Assembly (NCBI RefSeq): GCF_009914755.1
Contig: NC_060932.1
DNA length: 64,000 nt
Direction: 5' to 3' (one strand)
Origin: the human T2T-CHM13v2.0 reference genome, Homo sapiens
A model generated the notes under the pieces. It saw nothing but the letters and a program-made list of their open reading frames with translations, was not told the DNA's origin and searched no databases. Below, one piece after another: positions 1-14,266 of the stretch. A program made the translations under genes and the position numbers. How positions within the stretch are numbered: the first letter of the stretch is position 1; each line of letters opens with the position of its first letter.

Positions 1-20
1 ACATTTGTTAAAGTAAAAGT

Positions 21-64
<44 letters not shown>

Positions 65-87
65 AACAGACAGGGACAGACAGACAC
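21..87. repeat. (GA)n/(GACA)n simple repeat
   Basis: Directly visible gagagaga...gacagaca array. Confidence 0.9.
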
Positions 88-1286
88 CGACCTGGAAGGA
101 AGAGGAAGAAGAGAATAAAATAAGGGAACAGCCAAAGGAGTTTTGAGGATACTTTGAAACTGCCTAGACAAAGAAAGGAAAGATGGCTCCTTTTCTCCAC
201 TTTTGTCCAAAGGAGATACTTAGCTGATTAAAACAGGAGCTGGTTCACTTCCGAGAGACTGCATCACTCTCTATTTATTAACTTTTACCCTAGCTACAGA
301 TTGAGGTATGCAAACATTTCACTTGTTCAAATATCTCATGTCCTAGAGACAGACATCAATTGCAATTAATTCCACCCTTTCGCTGACTACAGCTATGATC
401 CCTCTGCCCTTCACCTGTCTTGCTCTTTTCTTTCCATTTGCAAATTTCACTGACCTAATCAACAAAACCATGCAATATAGCCTTAAATTTCCATTTTCTC
501 TATACTCACAAGCATCATCTCTTCTCCAAACAAAAATTCTGGCAATCTCTACTTCTAAACATCTTACCCAATGGTGCCAAGAAATTACTGTATTGTATTT
601 CTCCTTCATCTAAAACATAGTCAGCTTCACCAACCTGCAGCTGCCTCACCCACGATACTACTTGTGCATCTGCTTAATGTGCTGCCAAATTCTCTTCTAG
701 CTGTATATCTAAGCAATATTTTCTACTTTGAGAGTTTTTTCAGCTGGGCCAAAGGTTTGTTTAACTTTCCTATAAATGTCATTCCAGTGGCTGAGATGGA
801 TTGGTTTGGAGGAACCCAGAGCCATTACCAGGCTGACCCAAGAGACCCAACATTCTAGCAACAGAGCCCATGTCTTGGAGCTGGCAATACACAGCCTCTA
901 TGGATTTTACATAATGAAATGATGAAAGCTATTTAGTACTGCAGTATATTTCATGCATTAATCTAATAGCATTTTTAAAGCCAGTTCCCTACTCTTGTCT
1001 CCCTGGAATAGAAAAGCCATCTGCACCAACCCAGAATAATTTATTAAAGACTTATGAAAAAACAGAGGTGTATTTTCTCTCCTTTATTATTTCACTTGGT
1101 TTTATTTTTTTCAGATCCATTTTCACCATATTTTTCTATGTATGATTTTATTTTTCTGGTTTAATTGCCTCATGAACACGACTTTAAAATAAAGTCCATG
1201 AAACTGAGCTCTAAGAATTGAAAAAAAGAAAGCCCAACGTTTCCCTCTTTACCATACTTCATGTTAGAATGATGGGATAAAAAAAC

Positions 1287-1455
1287 ATGGGTTTTAGAAT
1301 TCAGCAACCTTCTTCTTAGATGAAGTTACTTAACCTTGATAAGCCTTAGTTTTTTCATCTGTAAAATGAAAATGATAATACCTACTTTTCCAGGCTATGC
1401 GAGAATTAAATTCAATAATGAATATGTACAAAGTCTCTGGTGTCAGGCATATACG
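1287..1455 (+). mobile_element. MIR SINE fragment
   Basis: MIR core: ttacttaacct...ccttagttttttcatctgtaaaatgaaaatgataatacctac. Confidence 0.8.
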
Positions 1456-2554
1456 CTATTCTGTGTCAATGAAAGCTGATACTGAAGAACACATAGGTCT
1501 CAGATAATTTTTGCAACTCTCTTCTCTCTGATTACTGCTTTAACATCTCAGAGAGTCATTAGGGAGGGGAGGAGAAAGGACGCAGGGCACCAAACATCAG
1601 AGCAGTTTAGTAATGTGATAGTTACCCAGTCTGCAATAATTTATCCCTTCTGGACTGTCCAGGTGGTCACTCCAGCAGCAGGTCAACTGGACTGCACTAG
1701 GGGAGCCTTGGCAAGGCAGATAGGGGGAGAGGGGAGAAAAGCTGGTGAATTGAGGAACAAGTTAGGCTTTTTCAATGAGGCTTCTCTTTCGGGTAGTTAT
1801 AGAACACTTCTCTAAGCTGGGTTAGAGCAGTATGTGGGTCTCCAAAGACTTTTTTTTAAATATGTTTATTTTTTACCTTAGTATGAAACTAATCTTAGTT
1901 TTCTAAATTCATTTTCACCATATTTGGGGCTCTAGAATTTTCATTTAAAAAGTCATCAAAGTTTCAGCCTCTCCAATATCTGTTGCGTATATTTCTTAAA
2001 CATCAGACAATTTAATTTAGAATATACTAAAAACAACAAAGATAGTTGAAGTTCATTCCCACCTGGTTTTACACTCATAGGCCATAGCGTGTAATGCATC
2101 TGACACTGAATTCCTCTAAGAAGATGAAGTCAGTGCCTCCTCCTTATTGCACTCTGCTTATAATTGTGGTTATGTGTACCTTAATCAAATGACAGATGAA
2201 ATGTATCTTGAAAGCAGGGCTTATTTCTAATTTACTTGACCAGCTTTCAGTCTCTTTACAGTACCATGCAAAGTACCATGAATGCTTGCAAATGAATTTT
2301 AATTACTCAGAACATGGAAGTGAGATGTCAGCCTGACCAAATTTACATACCCTTATAACCGTGTTGGCAATCTGTGCTTTACTTACAAAAAAATTAAGGA
2401 GCTATGAGACTGCACCTGTTTCCCCCACTTAATTTCCTTACTTCTGCTATGAGCAAAAGCCAAAAAAAAAAAAAAATCCATTACCTCCATTACCTTACTT
2501 CTGCTAAGAGGAAGAAATCCAGTTTAACCTCTTCATTAAACATTCTAGCACCCA

Positions 2555-2765
2555 ATGTAGTGCAGTGTATTAACCATGACCTTTGTGGGCAGACAGATCA
2601 GATTACAAAGGGGGCTCTGTGTGAAGTTAGATTAGTCACATAATCATCTAAGCTTTGGCTTTCTCATCTGAAACAGGAGAATAGCAGCAATGCCTCCAGC
2701 ACAAATTGGTGGCATTAAATATGTAAAATACACATGCATAAGGGATTCAATATGAGTTAGCTTTC
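2555..2765 (+). mobile_element. MIR SINE fragment
   Basis: agtcacataatc...tttctcatctgaaacaggagaatag resembles the MIR core. Confidence 0.65.
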
Positions 2766-2797
2766 CTTTCATTTTTGTAGGGCTTTGGCAAATAAGT

Positions 2798-3730
2798 ATG
2801 GGAAGAAATGTTCAAATTCTCTAGCAATCAGATAAATGTAAAATAAAACCACCCTTTAGGTCCATTATAAAATACCAAATGTTGGCAAGGAGTATTTAGA
2901 CAGGAATCTTGTACGCTACCTGGGAGAGAGTAGACTGGAGCAGCCATTTGGGAAATCAACCTGTCAATCTTTGTGAAATTGAGTTTGCATAGCTATGAAC
3001 AACCTGAGATCCCAACCCTGCTAACATGTCCCAGGGAAATTCTCATGCAAGTCTGCAAAGAAACTGAAATGAGAAGAATTATTGCAGTGTTGCTTATTAC
3101 AGTAGGGAATTGAAGTTAAGCTGAGTGCCCATCACTGAATAAGTTGTAGTGGATGCCTTTTGTAGAGTTCAGTGCAAAACCATTGAAAGAAACAAACTAG
3201 ATGTATGTACAGCACATAGCCTATTGTAAGAAAAAGAAACTGACAGGTATCCTTTACGTAAATGAAAGACACATGCAAAACAGCACTGATATTTTGCAAG
3301 GACGCATACAAATTCAAGGTCATGTATAAAAGACTTTAGAGCATGTGGCCATGGGGAGGAAATGGGAGTAGGCATTTAATTGTGAAGGGAGACAAATTTT
3401 TAGAATTCCATTATACAGACCTGTAATGATGACGGTATGTCATGAACTGAGGGGGATGACAAATTCAAATCTCTGCACCTCGAGTTCAACAAAAATGGAA
3501 AAGAAAAGTAATAAAGATGTGTGTTGAGTGGGTGGGAATGTGGTTGTGTGTATACATGTGTGTGTATGAGCTACAATATTCATGAACACTTTTCTAGGAA
3601 TATACACAACAAACTAAATGTTGGTGACTTTTGGAAAGAGGAATTGGAGATTAACAGAGAGGGAAAGAGGAACTTTTTGTTACTTTCGCATTGTTAGAAT
3701 TTTTACCTTATGTCTATGTAACATCTATTT
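2798..3730 (+). mobile_element. Old L1 (L1ME-like) ORF2 end/3'UTR fragment
   Basis: aaatgttcaaattctctagcaatcagataaatg and aataccaaatgttggcaagg match L1 3' region motifs. Confidence 0.7.
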
Positions 3731-3759
3731 AAATATTAGTTTGGCCTTTTAAATTAACT

Positions 3760-4478
3760 TCTGCTCTCTACTCTTCCAGTTTCACCTTCAATCATTTATT
3801 TCCACACTGGTATTGGAATCATTCTAAAATGTGCATGTGATCCTATTAAGTTTCTACTTAAAAACCTTCTGGCGGCTCCCATTGCCCATAAAACAACATC
3901 TAAGCTCCTAGCATGGCATGAAAGGTCCTTTGCAGTCTGCTCAAAACTTTCTAAACTTCAGCCAATCTAAGTCCATGAGCCCTTTACTTTTGGAAAATCA
4001 GATACCCACCTGTTTTTATACTGCCAGGTACCATCACATTCTAAGTTTTTGCTCAGGCTTGTTCTCTGCCCAGAATGCTATCCCCTGATTTTACTGTCAG
4101 ATGAATTCCTACATACCCATCAACGCCTACAACATATCTTCTCTTTCATGAATTTCTCTCTGGTTCCCTGATTTCTTGACCAGGCATTATGACCTGCTGC
4201 TCCCACATCTATTTCCCTGTTACACTTTAAACAAGCTTCAACTAAAGCCAAGCCTCAATGACCTGGTGTTATTTGTTGCCAGGTCTGTCTCCCTGGCTAG
4301 AAAGTGAGGTTGTGTTTTTCTCCGAATGTTGAAATCCCACTACCTTGCAAAGTATAGCTCAATGCAAAACCATTGAAAGAAACAAACTAGACGTATGTAT
4401 ACAGCACATAGTCTGTTGTAAGAAAAAGGGCCTGACACAAACACAATGGATACATAATAACTGTTTGTTGAATTAAAT
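3760..4478 (+). mobile_element. L2 LINE 3' portion
   Basis: tccacactgg...cttaaaaaccttctggcggctcccattgcc; tail gcctgacaca...tgtttgttgaattaaat; interrupted by a ~75 bp insert at ~4352-4428. Confidence 0.8.
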
Positions 4479-6393
4479 TGGAAATTATCTTCTCAGGTTA
4501 TGCCATTAAATGAACTGTAAAACCAACCACCTGAGCCAAAAATAGAGAAAAGCCAAGAGTTATATCCTAAGTTTAAATTTTAAAAGGCTTTGGTGAGGCT
4601 CACATGTTTGGGGGAAAATATAGGTATAGACTCACTTATCACTGCTCCTCTCCTCTGAATACAACTAAACATTCTGGAAATAATCAAACAATGACAAAAG
4701 GACTCTGAAAGATAGAAGGAGGAAGACAGATGTACTGGAGACCTCAGGACTTGAAGAATGATATGGGAGTGAGATCCCAGGGTTTTCTTTTTATCTGCCC
4801 TATATCCCAGACTGTGGGCTAGAGAGGTCTTCCCAGACCTCCAACAGTCAGAGACCAGAAGAAGAAGAGCCCAAAGAATGGGAAAAGGGGCAACTCAGCA
4901 AGGCAGAAGTCTTTTTAACAAAACTAGTCCTATGCTAGGCAAGTACCATGAATGACCACCTGTGCCCATGGCTACAGCACTGACAGAGACTGAGTCGGGA
5001 GCCTCATCTCCTGATTGCCACTTCACGATAGTGGATAGGCCAGGCTAAGCCCCTTGCTCCCATACTAGTAGTGCAAGTGGAAACCAGGCAGGGGATTTGA
5101 CATCCCACTTCCCAACCCCCAAGAACAGCAGGAGACCGAGTGCAGCACCCCGCTTTCTCTAACTTACTACTGGAGACAGGCAGGAAAGGGTGGACTCCCA
5201 ATCCTGCCCAGGAGTAGCAGGCAGCATCCATCACCCTCCAAACGAAAGGGCTGGGTGAGGATCTTCGAGAAGAGATGGCTGGAGAAAGGATTCCTAAATC
5301 TGTATAGGAAGGCCTAATAAGTCAAACATGAAACTCTCCAGAATCAACACGCCAAAAGGTTTGAGGACCAAACTATGGCATGGAATTCCACTTAGATTTT
5401 AAGAATGAACTCTAAGGAGCACAAATATGAAGTAGAACCAATTTGGACTGCGAGAGCTGTGAACACATGTTATTGGTATTACATTCCACAAAAGCAGGAC
5501 AGAACACATGTTCTAAACCTAGACAAAGTAACATTTGGCTAAAATAGCAGATAGAAAATACAAAGAACTAAGAAGATCACAATTTGACTGAGAAAAGACA
5601 ATTAACAGATACTGAAACATTGAGATACTGAAATTATCTAACAAAGATTTTAAAGTATCCATTGTAAAAATACTTTAATAAGCAATTACAAATTATCTTG
5701 AAACAAAAAAGAGAAAATTTCAACAATAAGAAATACATGTTATAGTAAAAAAGGAACCAAATAGAAAATACAGACCTGAAAAATATAATAACTGAATTTT
5801 TTAATTTACCAGATGGCTCAGTCATAAATACTATCATCATTGGCAAGGTAAAGCATCACTGAACTAGAGGACAGATCAATAGAATATATCCAATTGGAAC
5901 AACAGAAAACAGACTGATAGAAAGTAATGAAACAGAGTTTCAGAGACCTGTTGGACAGTCACAAAAAAATTAACACTTATGTCATCAGAGTCACAGAACA
6001 ACAGGGGAAAAAGTGTGGAGCTGAAAAATATTCACAGAACTAATGACTGAAGATTTCCCAAATTTGTGATATACCTAAACCTACAAATTCAAGAAATTGA
6101 GAAAATCTCAAACTACTTTTGCTCAAAGAAATTCGTACCAAGACATATCACAATCAAACTTCTAAAAATAAATACAAAGAAAAATCTTGAACGTAGCTAG
6201 AAAGAAGCAACACATGAGGGAGAACACTGATGTGAATTACTGTGGATTTTTAAGGTGAAACCATGAAGCCAAAAGGAATTGGCACATTTTTCAAATGCTA
6301 ATACAAAAGAATGGCTAACTTTGAGCTCTATATCCAATAAAATTATTCTTCAGCAATGAAGGAGAAATAAACACTTCTCAGATAAAAGAAAAC

Positions 6394-6983
6394 TGTTGGG
6401 GAAAAGCTGAGTGTTGGCAGAAGCTGAGGCAGGTCTTACACGTCTGACATAATGTAAAAGAGTCTTGGAACATGTCTGGGGTCCAGGGTCTAAAACCCCT
6501 TGTGGCCTCTGGAACACTAAGCTCTGTACTAAAGGGTGGAAGGCTACCCTCACATACCATAATCTAAGCCCAGGACATAAAACCCCTCGTGGCTTGGATA
6601 GAATCCAGGGCTCGTGGCTCTGGAATGTGTCTAGACTTGCTGGCTCCTTGCTCCTTGCTCTCCCAGGATCGAATATATCTTGAGTTAAAAGAACCTGCTC
6701 TCCATTCATCTCAAGTAGCAAAACAAATGCTAAACCATCACAGCTGTAAATCATGTGTTTAATGCAACGCGTCCTTTTGACCTCCACATTCTCACCACCT
6801 GTTTCTCTGTTGGATTACCAATAAATAGCATGGGCTCCCAGACCTTGGGGTCTTCACAGCCTCCACAATTGCGATGGCCCCCTGGTGCCCACCTTTCTCT
6901 CTCAAGCTGTCTTTTCTCAATCCTTTGACACTGCCGGACTTTGTCACTCCCACGACCTGGTGTTGGGTCTGATCACCCCAACA
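6394..6983 (+). mobile_element. HERV-K (HML-1/HERVK14-type) solo LTR, LTR14B-like
   Basis: TG...CA termini (tgttggggaaaagctgagtg ... gatcaccccaaca), 590 bp, perfect 6-bp TSD GAAAAC at 6388-6393 and 6984-6989, internal AATAAA at ~6820. Confidence 0.88.
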
Positions 6984-7587
6984 GAAAACTAAGAAAATTT
7001 GTAGTCAGCAAACCTACCCTAAGAGAAGGGCTGAAGAAAATTCTCCAAACAGTATTTTAGGATAACAGAAAGAGACTTGGAAAAATTCAAAAAAGGAAAA
7101 GATATCAATGGAATGAGTAAAAATGGGGATAAATAAAACATGTCCTCCTTCCCCTCTTGAGTTTTTAAAGCTATTTTGATGGTTGGGAAAAATATAATAC
7201 CTTCCAATGTGGTGCTCAACATACTTATGGAAATACTCAAGGCAACTATATTTTTAAAGGGAGGAGGGTAAAGTATGGAAATGAAAGTATGATTTCCATA
7301 CTTCACTCAAGGTGCTATTAGTAAAACTTTATTATAAATAGGCAGTGATAAGTTACACGTGTATATTGTAATACCTAGAACAACCACTAAGAAAACAATA
7401 TCAAAAGACATATTCCAAAACACTCTTAATAAATCAAAATAGATTCTTAAAAAAACTCAAGAAAACCAAAGGAAGTCAAGAAAAGTGTATCAGAGAAATG
7501 AGAAGTAGAGGGAACACACACAAAAATGAATAAAATGGCATGCTTACACCTTAGCATGTCAATAATTACTTTAAATGTAAATAATTT

Positions 7588-7945
<358 letters not shown>

Positions 7946-8262
7946 TTACAAGACAGAGACTGTCAGAGTAAAAAGCATGCCCCGATTACATAATGTCTAC
8001 AAGAAACTGACTTCAAACATAATGACACAAGCAGGTTGAAAGTTAAAGGATAGAAAAACATATCCCATAAGACCATCAGTGAAAGAAAAGGAGAGACTAT
8101 ATTAATAGCAGATAAAATAGACTTCAGAGCAAAGAAAATTACCAGAGACAAAAAGGAACATTATGTAATCATACAAAGGTCAATCTACATAGTATTCCTA
8201 AAAGTGCATGCACCAAACAAAGCATCAAAATACATGTAGCAGACACTGATAGAACTGAAGTG

Positions 8263-8610
<348 letters not shown>

Positions 8611-9138
8611 CTAGAAAGAATAGAGGAAACCAACAGCAATCTCTCACAAATTCCTCCTTGGAAGACAATCTTCTGTGTTAGGGCAAAAATGCTCTATACG
8701 GATTTACTAATCTTTTGGATCAAATTAAAAAAAAAAAAAGAGTGGTTCCCCTAAATTAGAAGAAGTCTGTTCATAATGATAGAGCAAATAACCTCCCATG
8801 CCAGATATTGGTATGTCACAAAAAATTGTACTGTATTAATATTTAAATAGATGGATAAATGTTGATTGATAACTCAAGAGCACTGCCACTTTTAAAAAAT
8901 AAATGAAAGGGCATAGAAATGTTATGAAAACTTAGTCTCTGAGCCAGCATTCAAGCACCTGGGTCCTTATTCTTTTGTCTCAACCCATCCCTTTATCCGA
9001 TCTGGCAGCCATCAGGAGCTAGCTGTTGTAAAATGGCATTTTTCTTGGCTCCAGCCTCTCTTGGTTGGATTTGGCTTTTGACAATAGCTTTATTTGATTT
9101 ATTGGTTACAGTTGCTATTGTTCATATAATCAAAACGA

Positions 9139-9915
9139 ACTTCTACTTCTGGCTAAGATATGGTAACAGGGACCAGATTTACTGTCTCACCTGAAAGAAC
9201 ATCGACAAGACAAAATATATAAAACGACAATTTTAAGAAAGTGTACATCAGGCAACAAAAGACAGTGTTGCCTGAGAGAAGAAAAACAAATCACATCAGA
9301 CCTACAGTTTCCCCAGGTTATTTCCTTGAGAGTCTCTGGACTCCAACGCAGGGAGGGGGGAATCCAAGCAGAGGCCCCAGACTCAGTGAGTTAAGGAGAC
9401 AGAACTAAATTTAAGGAGAGCAAGGCAATCAGACATCTCAGGACGGCATATCAAAGAGGAGATGCTGCACAGAGTGACTTGGAGATCTGCAGAAGGTCCT
9501 GCTGGAATTAATGACATGCACACCCATGAGAAAATGGCTGCTGGCCAGGAGAAAGAACCCTCTTAAGGATCAGTGAAATCTATACCCAGTGGTCACACAG
9601 GTCTAGAGATCATTTCTGTTGTCAGGAGATAGATTGGAAAACCTTACGTTTTATGGAGTGTTGGGTAGAATACTCAGAATAATTTTGCCTCAGGAGTGGG
9701 CAAATGTACTGCCCTGATCCCACCTAACAAATCTTAAAAGCCAGATTCCAAAGGATTAAACTGTTTCCAAATAACTGCATGCCAAAACAAAAGTAAAGAA
9801 TATTCATAGTAATACAAAAATATCCAGCAAAAAAGAAGAAAGGAAAAATGCACAGTGTTGGCACCCAATCAAAGGTCATTAGTCATGAAGAAGGCCAAAA
9901 ATTATGACTCGTAAT
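9139..9915 (+). mobile_element. Ancient L1M (L1MC/MD-like) 5' end fragment
   Basis: Begins acttctacttctggctaagatatggtaacagggaccagatttac, typical of L1M 5' termini. Confidence 0.7.
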
Positions 9916-10075
9916 AACATGGCTAATAAGCCTGACCCTCCCCATCTCACCACTCATAACCATGGCAACTGACATTTACTGTTATCCAAAATTAACAAAA
10001 TTGGTGTCTACAAGTTATGACTTCAATATTTTGGTTTTTTATGATCTCTTTAGGAAACAGTGCTGAAGCCATTTA

Positions 10076-10944
10076 CAGTCTTGCATTGCATAACAACATT
10101 TCAGTCAACAATGAATCTTATATACAGCTGTGAACCCATAAGATTATAATGAAGGTAAAAATTTCCAGCGGCCTAGTGATGTAACTGTAGTGACTTCGTA
10201 GCTGTCGTGATGTTACAGTGCAATGCATTCTTCACGTGCTTATGGTGATTCTGTTGTAAAGAAACCTGCTGCATGATGCCAGTAGTTTAAAAAGTTAAAA
10301 GAAGAATAACAAATTCTAAAAATAGAAAAAAGCTTATACAATAAGGATATTAAAAAAGAAAACATTTTTGTACAACTGTACAATATGTTTGTGTTTTAAG
10401 CTGTATTATTACAAAAGAGTCAAAAGGTTTAAAAAAAACTATGAAGTAAATAAGTCACAGTAAGCTAAGGTTAATTTATTATTGAACAAAGAAAAAATAT
10501 TTTTATACATTTAATGTAGCCTAAGTGTAGTGTTTACAAAGTCTACAGTAGCATACGGCAATGTCTTAAGCCTTCACATTAACTCATCAATCACTCATAG
10601 ACTCACCCAGAGCAACTTCTAGTCCTGCAGGCTCCATCCATGGTAGGTGCCCTATACAAATGTACCAAATTTTTACCTTTTATATCTTATTTTTTACTGT
10701 ACCTTTTCTATGTTTAGATATGTTTAGATAACACAAATACCATCATTTTACAATTACCTATAGTATTCAATATAGTAGCCTGCTGTACAGGTTTGCAGCC
10801 TAGGATCAATAGGCTATATGCCACATAGCCTAAGTGTATAGTAGGCTATATCATCTAGGTTTGTGAAAGTACACTTTATGATGTTCATACAATGATGAAA
10901 TCGCCTAACAATGCATTTCTCAGAATGTATCCCCATCATGACTG
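10076..10944 (+). mobile_element. Tigger3 (Golem) non-autonomous derivative, Tigger3b-like
   Basis: Termini cagtc...gactg, TA on both sides, internal gaaatcgcctaacaatgcatttctcagaatg. Confidence 0.88.
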
Positions 10945-11263
10945 TACTTCGTTAAGTGGTTGTAAGACTTAGACATTTTTTCTGGTAGCAAGACCCCAAC
11001 ATTTCCTCAAGGTCAGTGGTGGCTGTCAATTTAACCTCTACTTCAGCATTTTAAAAATAAATGCCAACACATATTTCCCCACCACTGGATAGAAGGTCAA
11101 AGTCTTATTCTTGTCAACTCCTAATCAGAAGATCTCAGCTTTGAGAGGCAAAAATTACAATACACTTGAGTGGTTCTGAGGCAGCAGCTTGTATTTGAAG
11201 AACCCCTGTAGGTAAGCACAAATTGAACAAGGAGAAATGAAATCTGCCCGTGATTATGCTTAC

Positions 11264-11351
11264 CTTGTCCAGCTATTGAGAATGGCCAAGAGGAAAGTCA
11301 ATGCTGACCCCGTGTTCTGAAGATTGATAGTGTCAATAATCTGATTACCTC
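11264..11351 (-). ncRNA. Candidate exon (88 nt) of a putative minus-strand transcript
   Basis: Minus strand tttttgcag|G acceptor and AAG|gtaagc donor; motif evidence only. Confidence 0.25.
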
Positions 11352-12437
11352 CTGCAAAAATTGTTTTTGCTGAAACAAGCTCTCAAGAATATGCAGAATG
11401 GAGATCTTAGGTACCGCATTAGCTGAATGACTTGAAAGTATTCTATGACCATTTAATTTACCTCTTTGATTATGACATAAGATGTCAGCTTTCACTCTCA
11501 CTCTCCATGACCTTGAGCAACTCATGAACTATCTTTGAGTTTGTGTGAATAGATGCAGAGCTGGAATACAATCTATTTTCCATGAATATCCCTCAGAGAG
11601 AATAAAATAAGATTGTGTATTCAGAGCTTTCCTTTGCCAAAAAGACCTCTGACAGATATATAATACATTATTGTTCTTGTAACCAACTGCAGCCTGCTGT
11701 CTTGTAAACAAAAGTGCTCAATCAATAATGTTGGTTGATAGATCGGTTCACCAACTGAAGGTGTCCATGTGAGAAATCTACACTAGAAAACAGCCCCCAT
11801 TAAAACAGATTCAGCAGAACCTCCACCAAGTGTGCAGATGTAAATGTCTCCTCTCTTCTGAGTCAAGAGAGACATTCCAGGGACAAAGTAAGACATAGAG
11901 TAACAGTATGTCGAAAATCCAAGTCATCCTGGCAAAATAAGTAAATCCAGTGACATGAAAGGACAACAGAAACTAGTGACATTAACAAATATTTATAAAG
12001 GGCAAAGTTCCATTTACAGGCACAGCTGGTTTTGTTGTGCTTTGCTTCATAGCGCTTTGCAGATATTGCTTTTACAAATTAAAGGTTTGTGGCAACCCTA
12101 CAGCCAGCAAGTCTTTCGGCACCATCTCTCCAACAATGTGTGCTCACTTCATGCCTCCATGTAACATTTTGGTAATTCTTGCAATATTTCAGCATTTTTG
12201 TTACTATTTTCTCTCTGTTATGGTAGTCTGTGATCAATAATTTTTGATGTTACTATTGTATGTGCTTTAAGGCAATATGAACTGTGCCCATATAAGATGG
12301 CAAACTTAATAAATGCTATGTGTGTATGCTCTGACTGCCCACTGATGAGCCGTTTCCCCATCCCTCTCCCTTTCCTCAGGCCTCCCTATTCTCTGAGACA
12401 CACCAATATTAAAATTAGACAATTAATTACCCCTACA

Positions 12438-14266
12438 ATGGCACCTAAGTGTTCGAGTGGAAGGAAGAGTGAGTCCCTCACTTTAATCAAAAGCTAGAAA
12501 TGGGCAAGGTATGGTGGCTCAAGCCTGTAGTCCCTGCACTTTGGGAGGTGGAGGCGGGAAGATTATTTGAGGAAGGAGTTTGAGACCAGCCTGGACAACA
12601 CGCAGAGACTCTGTCCCTACAAAAAATTAAAAATCAGCTGGGCATGGCGGTACATGCCTGTAGTCCCAGCTACTCAGGAGGCAGAGGTGGGGAGGCTCCC
12701 TTGAACCCAGGAGGTTGAGGCTGCTGTGAGCCGTGATTGTGCCATTCCACTCCAGCCTAGGCAACAGTACAAAATCCTGTCCAAAAAAAAAAAAAAGCTA
12801 GAAATGGTTAAGTTTAGTTGAGAAGGCATGTCAATAGCCAAAGTAGGCCAAAAGCTAGGCTTCTTATACCAAAGAGTTAGCCAAATTGTGAATGCAAAGG
12901 CACAGCTCTTGAAGAAAATTAAATGTGCTACTCCAGCAAACACATGAATGGTAAGAAAGCAAAACAGCCTGTTGCTGATATGAAGAAAGTTTTGGCGGTC
13001 TGGATAGAAGATCAAACCAGCCAAAAAATATTTTTAAGCCAAAGCATAAACCAGAGCAAAGTCCTAACTCTCTTCAATTTCTATTAAGTCTAAAAAAGGT
13101 AAGGGAGCTGCAGAAGAAGAGTTTGAAGCTAACAGAGGTTTGTTCATGAGGTCTAAGGAAACCAGCCATCTCTGTAACACAAAAGTTCAAGTTGAAGCAG
13201 CAAATGCTGATATAGAAGCTGCAGCAGGTTATGCAGAAGATCTAGCTGAGATCATTGATGAAGGGGGCCACATTAAGTGACCAATTTTCAATACAGACAA
13301 AACAGCCTTCCATTGGAAGAAGATGCCATCTATGACTTTCATGGCTAGAGAGAAGTCAAGGTCTGGCTTCAAAGTTTTTGAAGGACAGGCTGACTTTTGT
13401 TGGGGGCTAATGCAGCTGGTGAATTCAAATTGAAACCAATGCTCATTTACCATTCTGAAAATCCTAGGGTCCTTAAGAATGCTGCTAAATCTACTCTGGC
13501 TATGCTCTTATAAATGTAAAAACAAAGTGTGGATGGCAGCCCATCTGTTTGTGGCATGGTTTACTGAATATTTTTGGCCCACTGTTGAGACTTACTCCTC
13601 AGAAAAAAAAAATACTTTTTTTCAAACTATGACTGCTCATTGATAATGCATCTAGGTACCAAAGAGCTCTGATGGAGATGTATAAGGAGATTAATGTTTT
13701 CACACCTGCTAACACAGTATCCACAAATCTACAGTATCTGTAACCCATGGATTAAGGAGTAATTGTGATTTTCAAGTCCTATTATTTGTGATTCCTGTGA
13801 TGGATCTGAGCAAAATCAATTGAAAACCTTCTGGAAAGGATTTACCATTCTAGATGCCATTAAGAACTTTCATGATTCATGGGAGGAGGTCAAAATATCT
13901 ACATGAACAGGAGTTTGGAAGAAGTTGATTCCAACCCTCATGAGTGACTCTGAGGGGTTCGAGGTTTCTGTGAAGGAAGTAGCTGCAGATGTGGTGGAAA
14001 CAGCAAGAAAACTAGAATTAAAAGTGGAAGCTGAAGATATGATTGAATTGCTGCAATGTCATGATAAAACTTGGAAAGATGAGAAGACGCTTCCTACGGA
14101 TGAGCAAAGAAAGTGGTTTCTTGAGATGGAATCTACTCCTGGTAAAGCTGCTGTGAACATTATTGGAATGACATCAAAGGGTTTAGAATATTACATAAAC
14201 GTAGTTGATAAAGCAGCTGCAGGGTTTGAGAGCATTGACTTTAATTTGAAAGAAGTTCTACTATAG
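12438..14266 (+). pseudogene. Tigger1 (pogo-family) transposase remnant
   Basis: MAPKCSSGRKS at 12438; ORF 13925-14266 (EQRKWFLEMESTPG...LEYYINVVDKAAAGFE) matches the Tigger1/TIGD1-type C-terminus; disrupted by Alu, frameshifts and stops. Confidence 0.9.
12503..12794 (+). mobile_element. AluJ inserted in Tigger1
   Basis: J-type gaggttgaggctgctgtgagccgtgatt; TSD AAAAGCTAGAAATG. Confidence 0.92.

Noticed and set aside
6350-6787. 145-aa minus-strand ORF
   Set aside because: Antisense reading through the solo LTR; no protein similarity recognised
13925-14266. TIGD1-like ORF as a functional gene
   Set aside because: Only the C-terminal fragment of an Alu-interrupted, frameshifted Tigger1, and it starts at TTG
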